A stretch of 52,371 bases of DNA from Candidatus Woesearchaeota archaeon (GCA_018657845.1 JABHWJ010000012.1:1-52371), one strand, 5' to 3'; positions 36,704-45,578 are shown, numbered from the stretch's first letter. Program-made: numbers and translations. Notes: generated from the letters alone by a model not told the origin.

Positions 36704-38116
36704 TTATCCACGTAACTCAAAATTTATTTCTTTTTTGCTTCTTGAATCTTCAGCCATAAAATGCCTTGTGTGACGTTTAAGGACATATAACGGAGAAATA
36801 AATCTGTGCTGTTCTTCTTCACAACTAAAATTAGCGTATCTACTCATTACATCATGCCCCAATTCATTAGCAAGAATAGCATCTGCCCACAACCCTGCAA
36901 GTCTTAATACTGTGGAGGTCTCTTTTAATTTGTAATATTGATGATCTCCCACATAGGGCCGAGTATTGGTAGTTAAAAATTCCTGGGGGCCAATGTTATT
37001 CACAATTCTTCTTTGAATGGCATCATAACTTTTTCCAGCAAGCCAGGGATGAGTGCAATAAATTATTCTGCCTTCTGGCACTCCATAAAATTTTCCAGTT
37101 TTTGAACAAAGATTTCCTTTATCAGACCAAGCAGCAGTTTTACGCAAAGTTCCTAAGGTGTCACCACCATCATCTCCTAGTAACTCCATCATTCCATCAA
37201 AAGAAGTAAACTCTCCGATTACTTCTTCGATACCAACCTCAACTTTATTAGGATCATTTTTTGCATCTCTTGCTTTTCCACAGTAAACCTTAATTAGGTT
37301 CGGAAGCCACAAAGCGTCAGTTAACGGATCAATAAAAACACGATTGCCTTTATCTACTGATTTAACCAGAAGTCTCGCCCCACCATTTTCTAAATAATCA
37401 GTTCCCACTAGAGAACTCTGGTGTAACAAATAATCTGCAAGAATAGTATGGGGACTAATAGATTTGAAAACTTTTCTGCCCAATGCCTGAACTTCTGGAT
37501 CATCTATATCCACATGTTCTGGGACCTTAACATATTTTGGATCAATACTTCTTGCTTCTTTCTCTAACAAATCCGGCCTCTCTCGATGAATTAACCCAGA
37601 CTCCAAAGCAAAATAACCAGAAATTCGCGAAGAATGTTCATGTGTAGTAATTACTTGATCACATCCGGCTCCCAATAAGGTTCGGGCGTGTAGACGAACA
37701 GTAGTTAGTTCTCCTTTGGCTTTATCATCATCACCCGGACCACGGTCCTGTCTTCCATGGGGGAAGTCTGTTGCTAAGATTACGACTTTGTCTGCCCCAT
37801 TCTCTTTTGCAGCTTGTGAAGCCATTGCTGCTCGATAAAAAATTCCTTCTTGGTCTTCATCCGGACTTGGGATCATGACCAAATAAACATGTTTTCCATT
37901 TAGATCTCTTCCGTTTTCCCCCAGTGCAAACCTTGGACAAAATTCTCCTACTGAAAAAGTTCTAGGATCTAATGAAGAATGAGTCAAATCTAATCCTTGC
38001 AATCCTAATGATCTTTCCGCTATCTTTGTTGCCAATCCCATGTGGGTCAAAGAAGAAGTACCAACAACTAACTTACTAACAACATCATCAATAACAGAAT
38101 TATTTTCATTAACCAT
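36704..38116 (-). CDS. Ribose-phosphate pyrophosphokinase (Prs/PRPP synthetase) family protein, atypically long (about 470 aa)
   Basis: FSVGEF..., VVILATDFPHGRQDRG (compare canonical PY.gYARQDRK), DQVITTHEHSSRISGYF (compare DLH..QIQGFF), LLGDDGGDTLGTL (PRPP loop), YCTHPWLAG. ATG at 38116 preferred over the TTG at 38155 and fits the TTTAAATA box at 38143-38150. Confidence 0.75.
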   Translation of the reverse strand: MVNENNSVIDDVVSKLVVGTSSLTHMGLATKIAERSLGLQGLDLTHSSLDPRTFSVGEFCPRFALGENGRDLNGKHVYLVMIPSPDEDQEGIFYRAAMASQAAKENGADKVVILATDFPHGRQDRGPGDDDKAKGELTTVRLHARTLLGAGCDQVITTHEHSSRISGYFALESGLIHRERPDLLEKEARSIDPKYVKVPEHVDIDDPEVQALGRKVFKSISPHTILADYLLHQSSLVGTDYLENGGARLLVKSVDKGNRVFIDPLTDALWLPNLIKVYCGKARDAKNDPNKVEVGIEEVIGEFTSFDGMMELLGDDGGDTLGTLRKTAAWSDKGNLCSKTGKFYGVPEGRIIYCTHPWLAGKSYDAIQRRIVNNIGPQEFLTTNTRPYVGDHQYYKLKETSTVLRLAGLWADAILANELGHDVMSRYANFSCEEEQHRFISPLYVLKRHTRHFMAEDSRSKKEINFELRG

Positions 38117-38198
38117 AGCTAATAAAAAAAGAAAACAAAAAGGATATTTAAACAATTATATTCTGGATTGAGTATATTAAAGAACCTCAAAATAAAGA

Positions 38199-39587
38199 TT
38201 ATACTGCTAATTGCATCGAATAATTAATTTTACGATGTATGATCTCTTTAAGAGCCTTTAAACGAGCCTCAATGGCAGCTATGCTTTCTTCAAATTTATC
38301 AATCTTCAATTCTAGTTGATTAACATTCCCTTCATTAATCAAGCCAATCATCTCTTTAGAGCCACGCGAAAGTCCACGAGCTAAAATTGCTTGTTGCACT
38401 TCCATCGCTTCTTCAATACTATCCAAGTCCACAATTAAGTTCTTATTTTTCTTAGTAGATTCTAACATTCCTTTTAGTTCTTGATAAACTGAGTAAACTC
38501 TTCTTTCACGTGTAGATAATCTTCTTAATATTTTTTTAGCTGATTTGAATTTATCTTTCTCAATTTTAGATTTAAATTTTTCAAGAAGATGGTATTCACT
38601 TAACAACCATTCTTTCTCTTCTTCACTCAACTCGTCAATTTTTTTTATTGTCGAAACTTTCATCTTCAACAATTCATATTCATATGGCAACTCTTTCAGA
38701 AGATTTAATATTCTTTCAAAAGCTTGTTCTTCATTAATGGATTTCATGGGTTTGTACTTGTTTTTTTCAATAATCTCTTCAAGTCTAATTCTAAGATCTT
38801 TACAAACCCGAACCATATCTTCTAATTGGCTTTTAGAAAATATCTTATGTTTGCCACCCAATATTAAAATTGCCCCCTTAACATGACCTTCTATTTCTCC
38901 AAACAAATGGGCTTGATGTGTAAGGGAAGACTTCCCCTCTTTCTCAATCATTTCATAAAACGGTTTATGATAAAGGGTTGGTGCAATCTCTTGTAATGCT
39001 TCTGCTTCAGAACGAAAACTCCATGACCACATCCCAATTTCAGCAAGCACATACCCTCTTTCTTTAATTCTTCTCTTGGCTGCTTGATGGGCATCCTCTC
39101 CTTCTAGAAAAGGAACCAAGGTTGCGTTTCCTGGGTTCTTCCCAGTTAAGTTTTTTTCTTCACCTATTATTTCTGAACCCTTGGGTAAATTTAATTGGCC
39201 CATAATGAATGTATCTTCCGGCCGTAATGCATAAACACGTTCAAATATAAGATTTAATGGCACAAGAATCACATATTTCTTACCTTCCCAAGAACCATAC
39301 ATATGGGACCCCACGGGACCATTCAAAGAAAAATGAATCGTTTCACGAGGAAAATAAATCTTTTTACCATCTATATTTAATCCAACCTCGCCCGTAGTTT
39401 GGAGTATTCCATGGTCTGGAAAAAAATCAGTTAAATGAATCGCAACTAAAGCCTTACGATTAATTCGTTTCCCAACAGATTTCTCTTTTTTTAATAACGC
39501 ATCAATCCGTAACTTCTTTGCTTCAGAATACTCCAATTCTCTTTCTATTGCGTCTTGCGCATCTTTTAATTCTGCGGCAGTTAACAT
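38199..39587 (-). CDS. Uncharacterised protein: short N-terminal helix, novel globular domain, long C-terminal coiled coil
   Basis: 462-aa ORF, leaderless ATG about 28 nt from the CTTAAATAT box. Its domain is shared with the ORF at 40409-41650 (see findings). No known family recognised. Confidence 0.6.
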   Translation of the reverse strand: MLTAAELKDAQDAIERELEYSEAKKLRIDALLKKEKSVGKRINRKALVAIHLTDFFPDHGILQTTGEVGLNIDGKKIYFPRETIHFSLNGPVGSHMYGSWEGKKYVILVPLNLIFERVYALRPEDTFIMGQLNLPKGSEIIGEEKNLTGKNPGNATLVPFLEGEDAHQAAKRRIKERGYVLAEIGMWSWSFRSEAEALQEIAPTLYHKPFYEMIEKEGKSSLTHQAHLFGEIEGHVKGAILILGGKHKIFSKSQLEDMVRVCKDLRIRLEEIIEKNKYKPMKSINEEQAFERILNLLKELPYEYELLKMKVSTIKKIDELSEEEKEWLLSEYHLLEKFKSKIEKDKFKSAKKILRRLSTRERRVYSVYQELKGMLESTKKNKNLIVDLDSIEEAMEVQQAILARGLSRGSKEMIGLINEGNVNQLELKIDKFEESIAAIEARLKALKEIIHRKINYSMQLAV

Positions 39588-39620
39588 CTAAGAAAAAGAA
39601 AACAAAAAAGATATTTAAGA

Positions 39621-40331
39621 TTATCCTTTTACAATCGTTCCTTTCAACCCATGATAATCACCAGAAAGAACCTTCTCTAGCTGGGATTCTTGACAAATGT
39701 ATAAATTAATTCCCGAATGTTCTAATCCTAACTTTGCCGCTAACGGATCCAAAGGCGTATTCAATCTTGGCACCCATTTGGTACCAACTAAATCAACCAT
39801 CTTTTGCCAAGTTGCTTCGGGAAGATCTTCCGCTTCAGCCAACCTTTTACTTTTCTCTTCTTTAGCCAGATCTTTAATCTCTAAAGGAGATAAATCTTTA
39901 ACAACTTCAAAATCACTGATCTTAATAACTTTCTCAGCACTATAAGTAACAGCAAGAGTCATTGTTACATAATCAGTACTATTACCTGGTTTCCAACCAC
40001 CAGCGAAATAAATTCTGTAACCAGAAACTTTATGGGTGGGATCTTTAACAACTTCAGGACAAACTTTTTCTACCCCCGAACTTTGAAACCGATCAATAAC
40101 ATACTGGGCATTTTCCCAAGTTGCTTCTATCCCTAACCAATCTTTTCTATCATTATCTGCATTTGGTTCTTCACTTTGTTTCTTACCAGCAAGAGCACCT
40201 CCACCAATAATTATCATAAATTCTTGACTAGAATATTTCTTTGTCAAATCAATCAAACTGTCAATAAATCCATCATCATGAGTTTCTGGGGTAGGACTAA
40301 CTCTTGATCCACCGTATTTAATTATATTCAT
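39621..40331 (-). CDS. Amino-acid-kinase-fold protein closest to archaeal UMP kinase (PyrH-like, divergent)
   Basis: IKYGGS..., IIIGGGALAGK, FAGGWKPGNSTDYV, PLDPLAAK, GDYHGLKGTIV all parallel archaeal PyrH. The usual NVDGVY segment reads KISDFEVV. Confidence 0.7.
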   Translation of the reverse strand: MNIIKYGGSRVSPTPETHDDGFIDSLIDLTKKYSSQEFMIIIGGGALAGKKQSEEPNADNDRKDWLGIEATWENAQYVIDRFQSSGVEKVCPEVVKDPTHKVSGYRIYFAGGWKPGNSTDYVTMTLAVTYSAEKVIKISDFEVVKDLSPLEIKDLAKEEKSKRLAEAEDLPEATWQKMVDLVGTKWVPRLNTPLDPLAAKLGLEHSGINLYICQESQLEKVLSGDYHGLKGTIVKG

Positions 40332-40408
40332 TTTATTAATTGAGAAACAAAGTTGTTTATTAAAGTTTTGGAAAATTATTTATAAGGGATATACAGTTAT
40401 TTCAACCA

Positions 40409-41650
40409 ATGGAAAAAGAGATGAACTTATTAATTGAAAATAAAAAACTGTTAAAAGAGATCCATCAAATCTGGGCAGATTTTGCAGAAACAATTTATCT
40501 TTTCGAAGGAGTAGAACAGATAATATCCTACCGATCCGAACTTTACCGTTTAAATAGGCGCCTAAAAAGCTTTGAAAAGTCTGTGATAAAAGGAGATTAT
40601 AATAATCTTGCAAATCATCAAGATTATGATAAATATTTCAAACAACCATTCCTCCGAACCAAAAAATTTCTTAATGACCATAATAGGGAAAACATTAATC
40701 TGTATAATCTAATAAGGTCCAAAGCAGATCTAAAAAAATTTAAGAAATGCATAACTGATTTTGAAAAGCTTATTGATCATGATAAATACAAAGAATTTAA
40801 TGACAAATTTTTGAAAGAAAAAGAACAAGACCTTAAAGAATTTATAGATTGGTATAAACCAGAGATTAACAAAATAAAAAAATTAATTGATTATTTATTA
40901 TACTTATCAAATAAAAATAAAATAACCAATGTAACCAAAGAACTCAAAAAATTAGGAAATATCGAGATGAATATATTTCCTAAAATAGAGATATTTCATA
41001 GAATGCCAGATAATATTAAAGAAACGAGAACTTTTGTTTATGAACTTAACGCAATGATTAAAATCGCAAATTCAGATATTTTAAATTATGAAATCGCAAA
41101 AAAAATATGCGCAAAAAAAAAGTTAAATGTTTTTCGTAAAGGATTATTGATGCATGACGTAACAAGGTCTTTTTGGAATCCAACACAATTAAAAAATCTT
41201 GTCAAAAATGGGTTAATTTTCCCTAGAAAATTAGATACCAATAGCATGTTTCAAAACCATATTTCATTTTATTTAACCGAAGAAAAATTAAAAATAACAG
41301 ATTTGGATTGGAGCGGAATTTTTACAATTATCTTAGATCCCATTTTTGTAAAAAAGAACCACAATCATTTTTTTTATACCCTAGAAACACAATGGGGTGA
41401 ACATTCAGAACAATACTTACAAATTTGCGAAAAAAATAAATTCATACTTCAACCAACATATTCTCATGAATTGGGTAATGAAATAAAATCAGACACGGAA
41501 ATTCCTTTTAGTGCAATTATTGGAGTTTTTATTAAAAATAAAAAATATACTTACAGAATAATACATTTTATGCATTCTCTAATGTTAAAAAAACCAGAAT
41601 TGGTATTTCCAATATATAATAAAAAAGGAAAAATGATTTGGCCAAATTAA
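40409..41650 (+). CDS. Uncharacterised K/N/I-rich protein: N-terminal coiled coil, with a C-terminal domain paralogous to that of 38199-39587
   Basis: 413-aa ORF, leaderless ATG about 27 nt from the TTATTTATAAG box. Visibly more AT-rich than its neighbours. Confidence 0.6.
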   Translation: MEKEMNLLIENKKLLKEIHQIWADFAETIYLFEGVEQIISYRSELYRLNRRLKSFEKSVIKGDYNNLANHQDYDKYFKQPFLRTKKFLNDHNRENINLYNLIRSKADLKKFKKCITDFEKLIDHDKYKEFNDKFLKEKEQDLKEFIDWYKPEINKIKKLIDYLLYLSNKNKITNVTKELKKLGNIEMNIFPKIEIFHRMPDNIKETRTFVYELNAMIKIANSDILNYEIAKKICAKKKLNVFRKGLLMHDVTRSFWNPTQLKNLVKNGLIFPRKLDTNSMFQNHISFYLTEEKLKITDLDWSGIFTIILDPIFVKKNHNHFFYTLETQWGEHSEQYLQICEKNKFILQPTYSHELGNEIKSDTEIPFSAIIGVFIKNKKYTYRIIHFMHSLMLKKPELVFPIYNKKGKMIWPN

Positions 41651-41655
41651 CTTTC

Positions 41656-42954
41656 TTATTTAGATTTTTTCTTAATCTCCTTAATCCCACTCATGTATGG
41701 CCAAAGTGCTTTAGGAATCTTTACAGTTCCTTTAGCAGTTTGAAAATTCTCCAATATTGCCGCAATCGGACGAGTATCTGTCAAAGCAGTATTATTCAAA
41801 AGGTGAACATAACGTTTAACTCCATCCTTCCCCTTAACCCTGGTGTTCAAAGTTACCGCTTGATAATCTAAACAGTTGCTGCAAGAAGTTACTTCTCGAT
41901 ATGCACCTTTCTTATCTTTCTGACCAGGGAACCAAGCTTCAATATCATACTGTAAAGATTGTTTGTTTCCAATGTCTCCGGTGCAAATATTAACCACCCT
42001 AAATGGAAGTTCTAATTCTTTAAACAAATCTTCTGCATTGGCCTGCAACATATCAAAATACATTGGCGATTCTTCAGGAAGACAATAAATAATTTGTTCA
42101 ACCTTATTAAACTGATGAACCCTAAAAATTCCTTTGTCATCCCTTCCATGAGTTCCCAATTCTTTCCTAAAACAAGCACTCACCCCACACAATTGAATTG
42201 GCAAATCACTTTCATTAATCAATTCATCTTTCTTTAACGCAATCAATGGATGCTCAGAGGTGGCAATCAAATACAAATCCTCATTTTCAATTTTATAAAT
42301 TGTATCTTCAAACTCAGACAAATTTACACCACCTTCTAAGGCTGCGCGATTTAACATGAACGGTGTCTGCACCAAAGTATAGCCTTTCTCTCTTATTTTG
42401 TCCATCGCAAATCTCTGTAAGGCCTGACTTAACAACACCGCTTCATTTTTAAGATAATAAAATCTTGCCCCCGAATTCTTAGCAGCGGTATCTAAATCTA
42501 TTAAATCCAATTCCAACCCCAATTCAATGTGGTCTTTAATTGGAAAATCAAATTTAGGAATCTTTCCCCATTTACGTAATTCAACATTCTCACTATCATC
42601 TTTTCCTTTAGGAACAGATTCATGTAACACATTGCCAACCTGCTTTAACACAGTATTCCTTTCTGTTAACAACGCTGCCACTTTATCTTCTTGAGCTTTA
42701 ATCGTATCAATGACTTCTCGCATCTCTTTTATTTTTTTATTCGCGAGAGAAGACTGGCTAGACTTTTTTGCTTTGTTGATCTCTTCAGAAACTAAATTTC
42801 GTTTATGATTTAATTCCTGCATTGTTTTAAGTTCCTTCTTCCACTGTGTATCCAATTTTAACACAGTATCTACTAATTTGGGGTCGTGACCCCTTTTCTC
42901 TTCTGATGCCTTTATAACATCAGGATTTTCCCTTACAAAGTTTATGTCTAGCAT
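41656..42954 (-). CDS. serS: Seryl-tRNA synthetase
   Basis: N-terminal coiled-coil arm and class II motifs (FRKE...G..RVHQF.KVE, ...REVTSCSNC.DYQA). Confidence 0.95.
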   Translation of the reverse strand: MLDINFVRENPDVIKASEEKRGHDPKLVDTVLKLDTQWKKELKTMQELNHKRNLVSEEINKAKKSSQSSLANKKIKEMREVIDTIKAQEDKVAALLTERNTVLKQVGNVLHESVPKGKDDSENVELRKWGKIPKFDFPIKDHIELGLELDLIDLDTAAKNSGARFYYLKNEAVLLSQALQRFAMDKIREKGYTLVQTPFMLNRAALEGGVNLSEFEDTIYKIENEDLYLIATSEHPLIALKKDELINESDLPIQLCGVSACFRKELGTHGRDDKGIFRVHQFNKVEQIIYCLPEESPMYFDMLQANAEDLFKELELPFRVVNICTGDIGNKQSLQYDIEAWFPGQKDKKGAYREVTSCSNCLDYQAVTLNTRVKGKDGVKRYVHLLNNTALTDTRPIAAILENFQTAKGTVKIPKALWPYMSGIKEIKKKSK

Positions 42955-43051
42955 AGTTCTTCATTTGCTTCAAATTTATATAAAACTTACTATTACAAAA
43001 CCAAAAATATATAAACCCAAAAACAACTTCCTATATATTAAAAGAGGAAAG

Positions 43052-44533
43052 ATGAAAAAGTATTTATTATTTATAGCTCTCTGTACATTTCTATTAATTT
43101 TACCTCTATCTTTGGCCCAATTTGAATGTGTCTCAGATGAAGACTGCTCATTTTATTATGGCGAAGGTTATAACTGCGCAAATGGAGAATGCACTCTTTC
43201 AACAGCTCAAGGGACTTCAACTATTCCAACCATCTCAGCAACTGCAACTGAAGAATGCCTAACTAACTTTGATTGTCCTGAAGGATACACTTGCGACTTT
43301 GGAGAATGTATTATAACCGAAGCAGGATCAATAACTGAATTAGAAACCAAAGTAGAACAAGCCACCAAAGAAGTAATAGAAACTAAAACTGACGTTTCTT
43401 CTATTAACACTGAAGTCAAGATCATTAATCAAGAGATTAAAGAAGTAAAATCTTCACTTCAAAATTTAAACACTCAACAAAAATCTACTGAACAAAATAT
43501 CAAACAAGACATTTCTACAGTATCCTCAGGACTCGCTATTTTACAAACTGAAGTAAACACAGATTTAGAAGACCTTTCCGCTAAATTAGAAGAATCTTCA
43601 AATTTCACCAAGAAAGTCATGTGGTGGGTAATCGTCGTTGCTATTTTCTCGGTAATAACTTTTTTTATCGTCCACTATAAAAATTTCTTATTCAAGGTCC
43701 CTCACGAATTAAAAGAATATATCAACGCTCACTTAAAGCAAGGATTTGATTACGAATACATTAAGGCAAACCTAATTCATTCTGGCTGGAAAGAAGACTC
43801 TGTTCGGAAAGCTTATGAAAAAATCACTGAACAAAACTATCAAGATTATTTGGAAAAACAAAAAAAACCAACCAAAACAAAGAAAATAACTGCTCTCCAT
43901 AAATCAACTAAAACCGCACCAAAAAAAGAACTTCCTCACCACATCATCCACAAACAAAAAGAACAAAATTTCAAAAAAGTATCTCTTATTGGAGGGATTG
44001 CAGTTATCGTTTTAATTGCCCTCTTTTTCGGATTATACAAAGGCGGAGTTCTTTCTGGTCAAGCCATTTACTCAGATTTTGACACCCTTCAACCACTTGG
44101 ACAAAATGTAATCGAACGAGTCCTTCAGATTCATCAACCACTAAAAGATATCTCACAAGCAAGAGTTTGCATTCAAGTAGAATCTCAAGCTGGATCATTA
44201 TCTTATCTAATAGTCAAAACACCAGATTCTCAAACAGTCATCCCTTCTAAAATAACTTGCGATCATGTCAATATCTTTGACTTCTCTCTTAAATTTAATA
44301 GTTGGGCTAGCTTTGAGGGCCTTGCCGCCAAACCTTCTTGTCAGGACATTATTTCCCTCCATAAAAACAAAGAATATTATATTCTTCCCTCTAAAACTGT
44401 TCTTCAAGGATTTAAATTAAACTCCAGAACAGATTATGCTCCTTATTGTAAACTTCTCTCTAATTGTCTCTCTGCTTCTGAAATCTCTGCATTAGGAATC
44501 AGTTGCACTTCCAGAAATTCTCTAGAACCTTAA
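43052..44533 (+). CDS. Secreted/membrane protein: signal peptide, two Cys-rich knots, coiled coil, two TM helices, C-terminal Cys-containing domain
   Basis: MKKYLLFIALCTFLLILPLSLA; ECVSDEDCSFYYGEGYNCANGEC and ECLTNFDCPEGYTCDFGEC. ATG at 43052 is preceded by AGAGGA. Confidence 0.65.
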   Translation: MKKYLLFIALCTFLLILPLSLAQFECVSDEDCSFYYGEGYNCANGECTLSTAQGTSTIPTISATATEECLTNFDCPEGYTCDFGECIITEAGSITELETKVEQATKEVIETKTDVSSINTEVKIINQEIKEVKSSLQNLNTQQKSTEQNIKQDISTVSSGLAILQTEVNTDLEDLSAKLEESSNFTKKVMWWVIVVAIFSVITFFIVHYKNFLFKVPHELKEYINAHLKQGFDYEYIKANLIHSGWKEDSVRKAYEKITEQNYQDYLEKQKKPTKTKKITALHKSTKTAPKKELPHHIIHKQKEQNFKKVSLIGGIAVIVLIALFFGLYKGGVLSGQAIYSDFDTLQPLGQNVIERVLQIHQPLKDISQARVCIQVESQAGSLSYLIVKTPDSQTVIPSKITCDHVNIFDFSLKFNSWASFEGLAAKPSCQDIISLHKNKEYYILPSKTVLQGFKLNSRTDYAPYCKLLSNCLSASEISALGISCTSRNSLEP

Positions 44534-44554
44534 ACAAAATAAAGATAATAAAAA

Positions 44555-44863
44555 TTAAATAAATACTCTTCTCAGATCAAAATCAAATCTGCTCAAAAAT
44601 TCTTTAGCAATTTTGATATTTTTCTCAGCCAAATATTCATATATATCTTTACTGAAGCAGTGCGCACATAAGCCCATCCCCTCTCCACAGAATATACATT
44701 TAGTCTCTCCCTCTACGTTTAGCCCAGCAATATCTTTAGCAAGTTTTGTATCATATTCACCAACCATATTCTTCATCCTTACAGCTAAACACTCTCCACA
44801 GATAGGTTGCGTTATTGTTTCTTCACATTCTACACATCTATTGAAAGGAGATCTTTCTCTCAT
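44555..44863 (-). CDS. Hypothetical Cys-rich (multi-CxxC) zinc-binding protein
   Basis: CVECEE...CGEC...CIFCGEGMGLCAHC. ATG at 44863 is preceded by GAGGTG at 6 nt, so preferred over the GTG at 44872. Confidence 0.55.
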   Translation of the reverse strand: MRERSPFNRCVECEETITQPICGECLAVRMKNMVGEYDTKLAKDIAGLNVEGETKCIFCGEGMGLCAHCFSKDIYEYLAEKNIKIAKEFLSRFDFDLRRVFI

Positions 44864-45017
44864 TTTTTCCACCTCTTATTTTTTTGGTTTCCAATCTGCC
44901 ATTCTTCTTTCCAACATCAAAACAAAACCGAGAAAAATAGCAACCAGTTATTAATGGGACTGGATTTTTGTATAACCCAATCTAAACATACTCCATTTAA
45001 TTCTTTTTCCGAAATAT

Positions 45018-45035
45018 ATTTGTGGGTGCACAAAT
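45018..45035. promoter_or_regulatory. Inverted repeat ATTTGTG-GGTG-CACAAAT just upstream of a TATA box (candidate operator)
   Basis: 7-bp arms read directly. The TATA ACTTATATATA follows at about 45049-45059. Confidence 0.3.
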
Positions 45036-45080
45036 TTAGAAAAGTAAAACTTATATATAACTGTTATGGTTTTAATCCAT

Positions 45081-45578
45081 ATGTCTTATATACGTACTAA
45101 GAAAATAGATAACAAGTTTTACTGTTATCTAGTAGAGAACAAATGGACTAAGAAAGGACCTCGACAAAAAGTTAAAAAATATCTCGGCCGCCTCCATAAT
45201 CTCCCCAAATTATTGGATCATGATTTCTATTCTCTCTTCCCAGATACAGATTATTCACGAATGACTAAGTCTGAAATCCTTTCCACTCTTGCAGTTATTG
45301 AATTAACCAATCATGGTTTCAATAAAGAAAAAAATCTTTTCATCCACCAAGATCTTACTTTCTGTCCCAAAACTCTTAAGTTCCAAAAGACTAAACGTTC
45401 CATCCTCCTAAACTTAAATGAAGGCCACCTTTCTACATTTACTCTAAAAAGAATTCTTCAGTTCAAAAAAACTGGTGATTTCAACAAAGACGCCCACACT
45501 CTCGCCAAGAACTTCGTAGAAGCCGGAATTAACATTCCCCAAGAATTATTCATTGAATTCTATAAAAAGAGAAAGTAA
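45081..45578 (+). CDS. Hypothetical protein (165 aa)
   Basis: The ATG at 45081 fits a leaderless start about 27 nt from the TATA. N-terminus is YIRTKKIDNKFYCYLVENKWTKKGPRQKVKKYLG. Confidence 0.5.
   Translation: MSYIRTKKIDNKFYCYLVENKWTKKGPRQKVKKYLGRLHNLPKLLDHDFYSLFPDTDYSRMTKSEILSTLAVIELTNHGFNKEKNLFIHQDLTFCPKTLKFQKTKRSILLNLNEGHLSTFTLKRILQFKKTGDFNKDAHTLAKNFVEAGINIPQELFIEFYKKRK

Noticed and set aside
45081-45578. N-terminus YIRTKKIDNKFYCYLVENKW...KVKKYLG resembles N-termini of some IS-family transposases
   Set aside because: The protein is only 165 aa, has no DDE/catalytic region and has no flanking inverted repeats, so there is no support for a mobile element.
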